From assembly GCA_963734545.1 (NCBI GenBank), contig CAVTHO010000004.1, positions 64,001-128,000 of the forward strand: a stretch of DNA of 64,000 nt, given 5' to 3'. This document shows positions 1 to 11,273 of the stretch, piece after piece. Source of the DNA: an uncultured Spirochaetota bacterium (lineage in GTDB: Bacteria > Spirochaetota > Spirochaetia > SZUA-6 > Fen-1364). Position 1 is the stretch's first letter; each line of letters begins with the position of its first letter. A program made the translations under genes and the position numbers. The notes under the pieces were generated by a model. That model saw only the letters and a list, made by a program, of their open reading frames with translations, was not told the DNA's origin and made no database searches.

Positions 1-1117
<1,117 letters not shown>

Positions 1118-1121
<4 letters not shown>

Positions 1122-1368
1122 GATTCTTCTACCTCCGCGATCCCAGGGGCAGCCCGGTGCGTGCGCGGCCGCGCGATAGGCGCCCGTTGCGCCGTCAGCC
1201 CCGTGCACGACCGCGAGACCGCGCGCCGCAAGCTCAGCGAGGAGCCCGGTCTGCGCGCGCGGGAGTTCCAACAGCCCGGGCAGACCCCGCTGCGCAACCG
1301 CCCCGTGCGCGTCTCGCACCCGGACGATTCCGCGTCCTTCCTCGATAGCCTTTGCCCTGGGCGTCATC
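1118..1368 (-). CDS. Possible small hypothetical protein upstream of ftsH (frameshifted)
   Basis: One frame reads CETRTGRLRSGVCPGCWNSR...AEVEES* and overlaps the ftsH start. No family recognised. Confidence 0.25.
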
Positions 1369-1466
1369 GCGTCACTCAATTCAATTTAATGACGGATGCC
1401 CCGCAAAACAAGCGTAGCACGGATGCCGAGGCCGAGCGGTACGGATGACAGCGGCCGTGCCCGTCG

Positions 1467-1496
1467 TTGACACGGCCGAGCGCACCGGCCTATATA
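1467..1496 (+). promoter_or_regulatory. Possible sigma70 promoter for trpS
   Basis: TTGACA-18 nt-TATATA, followed by the AGGAGG RBS. Confidence 0.35.
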
Positions 1497-1515
1497 GTCG
1501 CAGGAGGAGGCGCGC

Positions 1516-2521
1516 GTGAAGGTTCTGTTCACGGGCATTCAGCCCACGGGCGACATCCATCTCGGCAACTACTTCGGGGCCATCGCCAACTGGGTGCGCC
1601 TGCAGCACGAGTACACGTCCGTTCATCTCCGTGGTGGACCTGCACGCGGTGACCATCCCCTACGAGCCGGCGGAGATGCCGGGCAAGGTCATGGACCTCG
1701 CCACCACGCTCTACGCCTGCGGCATCGACATGGAGAAGACCACCCTGTTCGTGCAGTCGGAGGTGCCCGGGCACGCGGACCTCACCTGGCTCTTCAACAC
1801 CATCACCCCGCTGGGCGAGCTGGAGCGCATGACCCAGTTCAAGGACAAGCGCGACCAGTTCCGCGCCACCGTGAACGTCGGGCCTGCTGGACTACCCCGT
1901 GCTCCAGGCCGCGGACATCCTCATCTACAAGGGAGAGGTCGTGCCCGTCGGGGAGGACCAGGTCCAGCACGTGGAGTTCACCCGCGAGGTGGCGCGGCAC
2001 TTCAACTCCCGCTTCGGCGACACCTTCCCCGAGTGCCAGGCGCTCCTCACCGCCACGCCCCGCGCGTGCTCGGCCTGGACGGGGACGCCAAGATGAGCAA
2101 GAGCAAGGGCAACACCATCGGCGTCCTGGAGACCCCCGAGCAGATCTGGGCCAAGCTCGCGCCCGCCAAGACGGACCCCGCGCGCGTGCGCCGGACGGAC
2201 CCCGGCACGCCGGAGAAGTGCACGATCTGGTCCTACCACCTCCTGGTGACGCAGGAGCCCGAGCTGCAAGGAGATCCACGACGGGTGCACCACGGCGGGC
2301 ATCGGCTGCATCGACTGCAAGAAGCGTCTTCCACGCCAACCTGATGAAGGTGCTGGACCCCATCCGCGAGCGCTACACCGAGCTTGCCGGGAGCCGCAAG
2401 GGCGAGGTGGAGGACCGGCTGGAGGCCAACGCGGCGAAGTGCCGCGCCGTGGCGGCGGAGACCATGCTCGAGGTCAAAGGGAAAGATGGGGTTGAAAAAG
2501 GTATGGAAAATCCAGAGCTGA
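1516..2521 (+). CDS. trpS: Tryptophanyl-tRNA synthetase (frameshifted)
   Basis: [13 protein letters not shown] (HIGH-like), [22 protein letters not shown] and KMSKS, spread over three frames. Confidence 0.95.
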
Positions 2522-3846
2522 AGATCGAAGACCTGAAGGTCGACTCCCTCGGCGAGGCCGAAGATCCCTCCCCCTCGGAGCTGAGCACCGATGAGCGGAG
2601 ACGAGACGGCCAACTACGTGCGGGACACGCAGTCCGTGCTCTACAGCACCGACCGGGATGAGGTCGTGGCGCGCGTGAAGGAAGGCAGGAGATATCCCCG
2701 CCTTCGAGATGGCCGGTCCGCGCCAGACCATCTTCTTCGACTCCGCGCGGGTCAAGGCGGCCATCGTCACCTGCGGCGGGCTGTGCCCCGGCATCAACAA
2801 CGTGATCCGCACGCTCGTGTTCGAGCTGCACTACCGCTACGGCGTGCGCTCCATCCTCGGCATCCGCTACGGCTACCGCGGGCTTCATCCCGAAGTACGG
2901 CTACGAGCCGTTCCCCTCACCCCGGACGTCGTGAAGGACATCCACGAGAAGGGCGGGAGCATCCTCTCCTCCTCCCGCGGGCGAGCAGGACGCGGGGGAG
3001 ATCGTGGACTTCCTCCAGCGCAAGGGGATCTCGCTGCTCTTCACCATCGGCGGGGACGGGACGCTGCGCGGCGCGCTCGGCGATCCACCAGGAGGTGAAG
3101 AAGCGCGGGCTTGCCATCTCCGTGATCGGCATTCCCAAGACCATCGACAACGACATCGCCTTCGTGGAGCGGACCTTCGGCCTGGAGACGGCCTTCTCCG
3201 TCGCCGCGGAGTCCATCCGCAGCGCGCACACGGAGGCAATCGGGGCGCCCAACGGCATCGGGATCGTGAAGGTCATGGGACGGAATGTCCGGCTACATCG
3301 CGGCCAACGCGGCCCTCGCGCTGACCGAGGTCAACTTCTGCCTGATCCCCGAGGTGCCCTTCGGCCTGGAGGGAAGCTTCGGGCTTCATCGCCTGCTCGA
3401 GCAGCGGCTGCGCCAGCGCGACCACGCGGTGATCATCGTGGCGGAGGGCGCCGGCCAGGAGTTCGTGAAGGACACGACCGGCAAGAAGGACGAATCGGGG
3501 AACCCCGTGCTCGGGGACATCGGCGTGTTCCTCAAGGACTCGCATCAAGAAGTACTTCAAGGAGCACACGGACCTGTACGTGAACATCAAGTACATCGAC
3601 CCCAGCTACATGGTGCGCTCGGTGCCCGCGAACGCCCACGACTCCATCTACTGCATCCAGCTCGCGCAGAACGCGGTGCACGCGGGAATGGCGGGAAAAA
3701 CGGGGATCATCGTCGGGCAGTGGAACGGCCAGTTCACGCACGTGCCCATTGCCCTTGCCACGTCACGGCGCAAGGTGCTTTCCCCGGAGGATCCGCTGTG
3801 GCTCTCCGTGCTGGAGGCCACGGGGCAGCCGTACAAGATCGGGTAG
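2503..3846 (+). CDS. pfkA: ATP-dependent 6-phosphofructokinase (frameshifted)
   Basis: [50 protein letters not shown]. Confidence 0.93.
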
Positions 3847-3897
3847 TATTGACTCTCCAGGCGGTGCGCCGACTACTCATGCGCAGCTCGGATCGTT

Positions 3898-3956
3898 GGT
3901 CCCGTGGAGTGATTTGCGGCAGCATTGCAACCACGTAAAAAAGTGCTAAAAAACCA
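3898..3956 (+). ncRNA. SAM-II-class riboswitch aptamer upstream of metK
   Basis: CGTGG(3903-07) pairs with CCACG(3931-35). The conserved TGATTT, ATTGCA and GCTAAA elements occur in SAM-II order. Located in the 5' UTR of SAM synthetase. Confidence 0.78.
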
Positions 3957-4018
3957 GGAACCTCCGCAAGAGCCCGCCTGCGTTTTTTAGACACCATCCA
4001 ATCGAGGGAGGTTGTGTC

Positions 4019-5182
<1,164 letters not shown>

Positions 5183-5186
5183 GATA

Positions 5187-6192
5187 ATGGGGGAGCAGGC
5201 AAGGCGCGAAGCCCTCTGGTGGGAGAGGAGGCCTGACGGCAGGATCGCCTGCCTGCTCTGCCCTCACGCGTGCACGATCACGGACGGCGGCCACGGCATA
5301 TGCGGCGTGAGATTCAACCGGGCCGGCTCCCTGGAGATCCCGCTGTACGGCAGGATCTCTTCTCTTGCCGTGGACCCGATCGAGAAGAAGCCTCTCTACC
5401 ATTTTCATCCCGGCGCACGCATCCTTTCGGTCGGCTTTGTCGGCTGTTCCTTCCACTGCAAGTTCTGCCAGAACTGGCACATCTCCCAGGGCGTCGAATG
5501 CCGAGACGCGCTTCATGGGCCCCGACGCGCTCGTGGAAGCGGCGCGCGGGGAGAGCTCCTTCGGCATCGCCTACACCTACTCCGAGCCGCTCGTGCACGC
5601 GGAGTACCTGCTGGACACGATGCGCCTGGCGCGGGAGGCCGGGCTGAAGAACGTGCTCGTCTCCAACGGCTACATCAATCCCGGACCCGCCGATGAGCTG
5701 CTCGGCCTCCTGGACGCGGCCAACATCGACCTGAAGGCGTTCGATCCGGATTTCTACCGCACGGAGACCGGCGGCGAGCTGGAGGAGGTGAAGCGCTTCC
5801 TCACGCAGGCGGCAGGGCGCATCCACCTGGAAATCACCACGCTGGTCATCCCCACAAAGAACGACGCCATCGACCAGATAGAGGGGATAGCCCGGTTCGT
5901 GGCATCCCTGGACCCCGGGATACCCTTTCACCTCTCGGCCTATCATCCGCAGTATCGGTACGAAATCCCGGCAACACCGGCCGCCACCCTGCGCACTCTG
6001 GCGGAGGCGGCGAAGAGGCATTTGAAGTTCGTCTATGTCGGCAACATCGGCCCCGAGGAGACGATTACGCCGTGCCCGAAGTGCGGCAGCACCCTGGTGC
6101 GGCGCGTGGGATACAGCGTGCGCATCGAAGGAATCCACGAAGGCGCGTGTGCTGCGTGCGGCGCGCCCGCGCCGATTGTGACAGGGGACTGA
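5187..6192 (+). CDS. amrS: AmmeMemoRadiSam radical SAM enzyme (one frameshift near 5500)
   Basis: CLLCPHAC, DPIEKKPLYHF, CSFHCKFCQN (CxxxCxxC), AYTYSEP, C-terminal CPKCG...CAACG. Confidence 0.9.
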
Positions 6193-6334
6193 GCGCAGGA
6201 GTGCGCCGCGGAGGCCGGCCGGAGACGCGCGTGCCGCCGGGGGCGCCGCGGCGCACCGTTGGCCGCCGCACGCGCGCTGCCCCGGCCCCCGATACTTGAC
6301 AATAGGCCGCTTTTTTGCTCTTTTGTGATCACCT

Positions 6335-6407
6335 TCCCCTGTAGCTCAGTCGGTAGAGCGGGTGACTGTTAATCACTAGGTCGGCGGTTCGAGTCCGTCC
6401 GGGGGAG
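6335..6407 (+). tRNA. tRNA-Asn (GTT)
   Basis: Cloverleaf with acceptor stem TCCCCTG/CGGGGGA, D arm GCTC/GAGC, anticodon loop CTGTTAA, T loop TTCGAGT. CCA not encoded. Confidence 0.97.
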
Positions 6408-6418
6408 CAGAACTGGAC

Positions 6419-6448
6419 AGGCAGCTTCAACAGAGGCTGCCTTTTTTT
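6419..6448 (+). terminator. Intrinsic terminator after tRNA-Asn
   Basis: AGGCAGC-10 nt-GCTGCCT, then a T-tract. Confidence 0.8.
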
Positions 6449-6525
6449 CCCCCCGGAGGGTGTCGAAAACGGCAGGGCTCCGCACCACCTTCCGCCTAAC
6501 CCCCAAGAGTAGTACTATTTGTCCT

Positions 6526-6756
6526 ATGGGCACAACTTCGATTGTTTCCGACCCCGACATCATGATGGGAAAGCCAGTGGTCGCGGGCACCAGGATCACA
6601 GTTGAGTATATTTTGGAGGAACTTGCCCACGGGCAACCGATCGACACCCTCGTGGGCTCTCACCCAACCTTAACGCGCGAGGGTGTACTGGCTGCTCTGG
6701 GGTACGCTGCCAAGGTCCTGCGGCTCGACGTCGTAGACCCTGTAGAAACTCCTTAA
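6526..6756 (+). CDS. DUF433 family antitoxin
   Basis: IVSDPDIMMGKPVVAGTRITVEYIL...HPTLTREGVLAALGYA. Confidence 0.9.
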   Translation: MGTTSIVSDPDIMMGKPVVAGTRITVEYILEELAHGQPIDTLVGSHPTLTREGVLAALGYAAKVLRLDVVDPVETP

Positions 6757-6757
6757 C

Positions 6758-7120
6758 GTGGACCTCGCCTTCCTGGCTGACGAGAACGTTGAGATGGACA
6801 TCGTTGATCGACTCAAGTCACTGGGCCACAGCACGGTACACGCGTCTGAGCTATCCGCCGGTCGTCCCGACACCGCGGTGCTCCAAGCTGCATCTCAGGC
6901 CGGGCAGGTTCTCATTACCAACGACAAGGACTTCGGAGAGCTCGTCTTCCGAAAGCATCATAGCTCCTCCGGAGTCATCCTCGTTCGGTTGCCCGGTCGA
7001 CCTCCCGCCACCAAGGCTCGACTCGTTGCACAGGCTATCCAGCGCTACGGCGAAGAGCTTCTGGGTGCGTTCGTGGTGATTGGACCTCGGACGATTCGGT
7101 TGAGGCGATTGCCGGACTGA
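6758..7120 (+). CDS. DUF5615 PIN-like toxin
   Basis: FLADENV...LITNDKDFGEL...GVILVR; adjacent to DUF433. Confidence 0.88.
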   Translation: MDLAFLADENVEMDIVDRLKSLGHSTVHASELSAGRPDTAVLQAASQAGQVLITNDKDFGELVFRKHHSSSGVILVRLPGRPPATKARLVAQAIQRYGEELLGAFVVIGPRTIRLRRLPD

Positions 7121-7145
7121 GACAGGAGCCCGGAATGGCACGGAC

Positions 7146-7231
7146 TCCTCGATCAGTTGCGGGCGGGACGGTGTTAACCTCCCGGTCGCTGGTTCGAGTC
7201 CGTCCGGGGGAGCGACGGCAGAGTCGAACGG
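7146..7231 (+). repeat. att-like junction J2: degenerate copy of the tRNA-Asn 3' half
   Basis: 7191-7213 is identical to tRNA 6386-6408 (23 bp, GGTTCGAGTCCGTCCGGGGGAGC). It is preceded by an anticodon relic, GTGTTAAC. Confidence 0.9.
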
Positions 7232-7279
7232 CGTATGGTTTGCTTAACACCAAGCGATGCGCCGTTTCCGTTTTCGGGA

Positions 7280-7468
7280 TTACCCAATCTCCGGTATCGA
7301 CAGGGAGCGGCAGATTTTGCGCGCAAGCTGATTGGCAACCTCGGTGTGTCTGGGAATGGCTTCCGTGGCTCCCGTCCGTGGATTCACCCAAAGCGAATGA
7401 GAACGACCCTCACGTTTGAGGACACAGCCGTGATAGCGGAGGTGTCTCAGGAAGGCCGTCCTCTTCAC
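7280..7468 (-). CDS. hicA: HicA toxin
   Basis: MKRTAFLRHLRYHGCVLKREGRSHSLW...IPRHTE. Confidence 0.88.
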   Translation of the reverse strand: MKRTAFLRHLRYHGCVLKREGRSHSLWVNPRTGATEAIPRHTEVANQLARKICRSLSIPEIG

Positions 7469-7695
7469 GAGAGACTGACTACGTCCTGAACAGCGTCAGC
7501 GGGCAGACCGCGCTGAGCGTCCTCCCGCCTGTCTTTCAGGATGAGTGCAATCGCATCGGCGAGATTCTTTTTGCATTCCTCGACTGTCTCACCCTGGCCA
7601 TTCGCCCCGGGGATCTCAGGACAATAGCCGATGTACCACTTCCCGTCACGTTCGATGATTGCGGTGAACTCGTTGTGGAGTGTGTGCTTCGACAT
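7465..7695 (-). CDS. hicB: HicB antitoxin (short form)
   Basis: FTAIIERDGKWYIGYCPEIPGANGQGETVEEC. Confidence 0.88.
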   Translation of the reverse strand: MSKHTLHNEFTAIIERDGKWYIGYCPEIPGANGQGETVEECKKNLADAIALILKDRREDAQRGLPADAVQDVVSLS

Positions 7696-7764
7696 GCACC
7701 TATCGTACCGCGAGCACGTTCTACGGACAAGAGGTGAAATGAAGGACAGCAACAGCACGGCCTT

Positions 7765-7940
7765 TCAAACGGCCAGGAGAGTGGGCACTTCCTCGATCTT
7801 ATGCTCGTCGCAATAGGTTCGAAGCTCGTCCAATAGAGGGAGCCTAACTGGACAGGCAGTCGGCAGGTCGCTGGCTGCCTTTTTTGTGTTCTGGGCCTCG
7901 CGGTGGATGATGTCAAAGGGCGGCGTGAAGGCTGGGACTA
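7765..7940 (-). pseudogene. C-terminal relic resembling a large serine recombinase, spanning junction J3
   Basis: PAFTPPFDII...KKAASDLPTACPVRLPLLDELRTYCDEHKIEEVPTLLAV*. The last 79 bp repeat at 15201-15279. The DNA has the dyad GTCCAATAG-AGGGAGC-CTAACTGGAC. Confidence 0.6.
7854..7886 (+). terminator. Terminator-like hairpin related to the post-tRNA terminator
   Basis: AACTGGACAGGCAG...GGCTGCCTTTTTT, as at 6411-6448. Confidence 0.6.
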
Positions 7941-8108
7941 TGTGGTCAATTTGGTGCCTGGCAGACTGGCTCTCACAATACGGAAATAAATAGAGCGAAG
8001 GTATCTTTCCACCATGCTGTCGATCGCTAACTTCCATGTACGGCGCCGGAATGCGGGTATAGGATTCGTCCCATACCCGCGTGCGGGAAGATTGCAGAGG
8101 AGGATCCC

Positions 8109-9365
8109 ATGAGGAGAAACTTGGTCATAGCGTTAGCGGCGCTCATCGCGGCTGCCGCCTTCACACAGACCGCGACGGCACAGGTGACCCTTTCTATCAT
8201 CGCCAACCAGGATTGGGTCACCAAGCCCTATATGAAGGCAGCCTGGGCGAACTACGAGAAGGTCACCGGCAACAAGCTCGACATCCAGGCACTGCCGATC
8301 GACAACTGGGAGACAGTCATGAAGACCCGCGCTGCGGCGGGCGAGCTGCCCGATATTGTGATGACGTTCGCCGGGCCGGTCCTTGACGCGATGCGTCCCG
8401 CCGACAACTTCATCGACCTCTCCAATGAGCCTTTCGTGAAGGACCTGAAGCCCTTTGTCCTTCCCCAAGCCACCTACAAGGGCAAGATCTACGGCCTGCC
8501 GCTTTGGGAGGGTTCAGTCTCCGGCACCCTCTACAACAAGGACATTTTCAAGAAGCTCAACATATCCGTTCCGAAGACCCAAGCCGAGTTCTGGGCCGCC
8601 TGCGAGACAATCAAAAAAGCCGGCATCACGCCGATCTATCTTGCGTTCAAGGACATCTGGCCGGCCCTTCCCCAGTTCGGTCTGGACCCGATCGCCAGGA
8701 AGTATCCCGGCTTTGTGGACAAGCTCAACTCCAACAAGCTCAAATTCGCCGATGTGCCCGAGTTCACGAACCTCGTTGGCTTTTACAAGACCCTCGTCGA
8801 CAAGGATTATCTGGGCGCTGATTTCGTGAGCAACACCTGGGACGGGCAGGCCAAGGCCCTCGGCGAAGGCACCTATGCCATGGCCCTTGCCTGGGACCAG
8901 TACCTCTATTCAGACCTCGAACCCCGGTACGCCGACGCCGCGGCCCACTTCGGCATCATGCCCTTCTTCATGAACGTGACCCCCGAGGGCTCGTACGAAG
9001 GCCCCAACGCATGCATGAGCTTCGTCAACAAGAAAAGCAAGAACGCCAAGGAAGCCCTCGCGTTCATCCGTTTCCTGGCTCGGCCCGAGAATCTCAACCT
9101 CGCCTACAAGGACGTCTTTACCGAAAGCTACTTCAAGAGCGTGACGACCAACAAGGTCTCGCCCCAGGTAGCCGAAGCAAGGGCCTCCGTGGACAGGCTC
9201 ATCCTGGCTTCGGTGCAGGCGGGGATCGTGGGTTACAGCCAGGTGGAAAGCGTGAAGCCCATCCAGATGATGATGCTGGGCCAGCCCGGAGTGGCGGACA
9301 CGGTCAAGCAGATCGACGAGATCAGGATCAAGGTCGCTAAGGCACGGGGACTTGCGGGATTCTGA
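8109..9365 (+). CDS. Carbohydrate ABC transporter substrate-binding protein
   Basis: Signal peptide, ELPDI, GKIYGLP, YNKDIFKKL, CETIKKAGITP. Confidence 0.9.
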   Translation: MRRNLVIALAALIAAAAFTQTATAQVTLSIIANQDWVTKPYMKAAWANYEKVTGNKLDIQALPIDNWETVMKTRAAAGELPDIVMTFAGPVLDAMRPADNFIDLSNEPFVKDLKPFVLPQATYKGKIYGLPLWEGSVSGTLYNKDIFKKLNISVPKTQAEFWAACETIKKAGITPIYLAFKDIWPALPQFGLDPIARKYPGFVDKLNSNKLKFADVPEFTNLVGFYKTLVDKDYLGADFVSNTWDGQAKALGEGTYAMALAWDQYLYSDLEPRYADAAAHFGIMPFFMNVTPEGSYEGPNACMSFVNKKSKNAKEALAFIRFLARPENLNLAYKDVFTESYFKSVTTNKVSPQVAEARASVDRLILASVQAGIVGYSQVESVKPIQMMMLGQPGVADTVKQIDEIRIKVAKARGLAGF

Positions 9366-9389
9366 ACCAGCTTTTGCGGAATAACGCGA

Positions 9390-9432
9390 GGCCGGGGCCT
9401 GCCGATAGCAGAGCCCCGGCCTTTTCGTTTTC
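9390..9432 (+). terminator. Hairpin/terminator after the substrate-binding gene
   Basis: GCCGGGGC...GCCCCGGC, then CTTTTCGTTTT. Confidence 0.55.
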
Positions 9433-9536
9433 CGGCTTTGACGTTTCGGCAGTGATATCCGCGAGGTATCTTTTTTCCATCCCAGCGGTCGAAAAGCTCC
9501 ATTCACCGCACCTGGACTCGGCTTTAGGATGACGAC

Positions 9537-10421
9537 GTGAAGCAGGGCAACCTCGCAACCGTCAAAAAGGCCTATCCCCTCTGGATGACCATCCTGCCCT
9601 TTGGCATCTACGTGGTGTTCCTGGTCCTGCCGTCGACGGCGGGCTTCACGCTCGCGTTCACGAACTGGAGCCCATATACAGAGACCCTCCGATTCACTGG
9701 CTTCGGGAGCTTCGCAGCGATGTTCACCGAGAAGGTCTATGGCGTGGCACTGGCCAACACACTCATCTTCGCGGTGGTCACGACCTTCGGCAAGGCCGGG
9801 CTCGGGCTTGTTCTCGCCCTTGCGCTCAACACCGCGATCCGCTCACGCAACCTGCTCCGCACGGTCTACTTCTATCCGTCGGTACTCTCGCCTCTGGTGG
9901 TCGGCCTCCTTTTCTCGGCGGTCTTCGATGCCAGGGCGGGGCTCGCGAACCAGCTCGCCGCGGGCCTCGGCCATCCCGCCGTCTCATGGCTGGGTGGACG
10001 AACGACAGCCCTCTTCGTCTTCAACTTCGGTGAAATCTGGCGGTCGACCGGCTACGCCATGGCAATCTTCCTCGCGGCCCTGAAGGGCATCCCTGCCGAA
10101 TACCACGAAGCAGGCATGATCGACGGCGCCTCAGCGTGGAGGCGCTTCCGGAGCATCACCTTGCCCTTCCTGATGCCGGCCATCAATCTCGTGCTCCTCA
10201 CGAGCATGCTGTTCGGGCTCAAGATCTTCGACCTGGTTTACATCCTTACCGGGGGCGGTCCGGGCTACCAGACCGAGACAATCTCGACGCTCATCCTGAA
10301 CCAATACGGTCAGGACCTGTACGCGCAATCGACCGCAACCAACCTCGTTTTCACTCTTGTCCTGGTGTCCTTTGCACTTGCGTTCCAGGCCTACCGCCGA
10401 AAGACGGAGGTCGAGGCGTGA
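9537..10421 (+). CDS. Carbohydrate ABC permease
   Basis: Hydrophobic segments; EAGMIDGAS (EAA loop); LTGGGPG. Confidence 0.92.
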   Translation: MKQGNLATVKKAYPLWMTILPFGIYVVFLVLPSTAGFTLAFTNWSPYTETLRFTGFGSFAAMFTEKVYGVALANTLIFAVVTTFGKAGLGLVLALALNTAIRSRNLLRTVYFYPSVLSPLVVGLLFSAVFDARAGLANQLAAGLGHPAVSWLGGRTTALFVFNFGEIWRSTGYAMAIFLAALKGIPAEYHEAGMIDGASAWRRFRSITLPFLMPAINLVLLTSMLFGLKIFDLVYILTGGGPGYQTETISTLILNQYGQDLYAQSTATNLVFTLVLVSFALAFQAYRRKTEVEA

Positions 10422-11254
10422 CCGCGGAGAACAAGGCCGAAGCCAGACTCAGAAGGTTGATCGGAGCTGCCCTCCTCTGGCTGTGCGCGGTCGTCATCCT
10501 CCTCCCTCTCGCCGTTGTCGTTGTGACTTCCCTCAAGAGTCTCAAAGAGGCAGCCTCGCTCAACCTTTCCTTGCCACGAGTACCGCTCTTCGGCAATTAC
10601 GTCACGGTCTTCGCCGAAGGCAAGATCATCCGTGGCATTGTGAACAGCCTTGTCGTGACGGGCACTGCCACGATCCTCATACTCCTCTCTGCTTCGGTGC
10701 TTGGCTTCATCCTGACACGCCGTCGAACGTCAACGACAGTCTTCATGGAAAGGTGCATCACCCTTGGATTGGTGGCGCCCTTCACCGCCCTGCCGACTAT
10801 CATGCTGCTCAAGACCCTCGGTATCCTCGGCACCCGCGGCGCCCTGGCCCTCGTCTACACAGCGATGTTCCTGCCCTTCACCACGATGATGCTCTCTGCC
10901 TTTGTGAAAACCCTGCCACGCGAGCTGGACGAGGCAGCAATCATCGATGGCTGCTCGGGCCCGGCGCTTTTCCGCAGGATCATCCTGCCCCTTCTCACGG
11001 CACCGCTCATGACGTCCTTTCTCCTCAACACAATGTGGGTATGGAACGACTTCATGATCCCCCTCTACCTCCTCAATTCCTCCGCGAGTTGGACTCTTCC
11101 CCTTTCGGTGTTCAGCTTCTTCGGCAAGTACAATCATTCATGGCACCTCATCTGCGCCAATATGGCCATTGTCTCCGCCCCGGTGACCCTGCTCTACCTC
11201 ATCGGGCAGCGCTCGATCATCTCGGGAATGACCGCCGGCGCCGTGAAGGGCTGA
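10418..11254 (+). CDS. Carbohydrate ABC permease
   Basis: ELDEAAIIDGC, WNDF, C-terminal GMTAGAVKG. Confidence 0.92.
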   Translation: MTAENKAEARLRRLIGAALLWLCAVVILLPLAVVVVTSLKSLKEAASLNLSLPRVPLFGNYVTVFAEGKIIRGIVNSLVVTGTATILILLSASVLGFILTRRRTSTTVFMERCITLGLVAPFTALPTIMLLKTLGILGTRGALALVYTAMFLPFTTMMLSAFVKTLPRELDEAAIIDGCSGPALFRRIILPLLTAPLMTSFLLNTMWVWNDFMIPLYLLNSSASWTLPLSVFSFFGKYNHSWHLICANMAIVSAPVTLLYLIGQRSIISGMTAGAVKG

Positions 11255-11273
11255 AGGTGGTACAATAGGCGCG

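Noticed and set aside
6190-6300. GC-rich palindromic stretch before the tRNA as an ncRNA
   Set aside because: No recognisable motif; pairing is expected at this GC content.
7171-7213. Second tRNA gene (also 16201-16243)
   Set aside because: Only the 3' half is present; there is no D arm or 5' acceptor strand. Treated as att relics.
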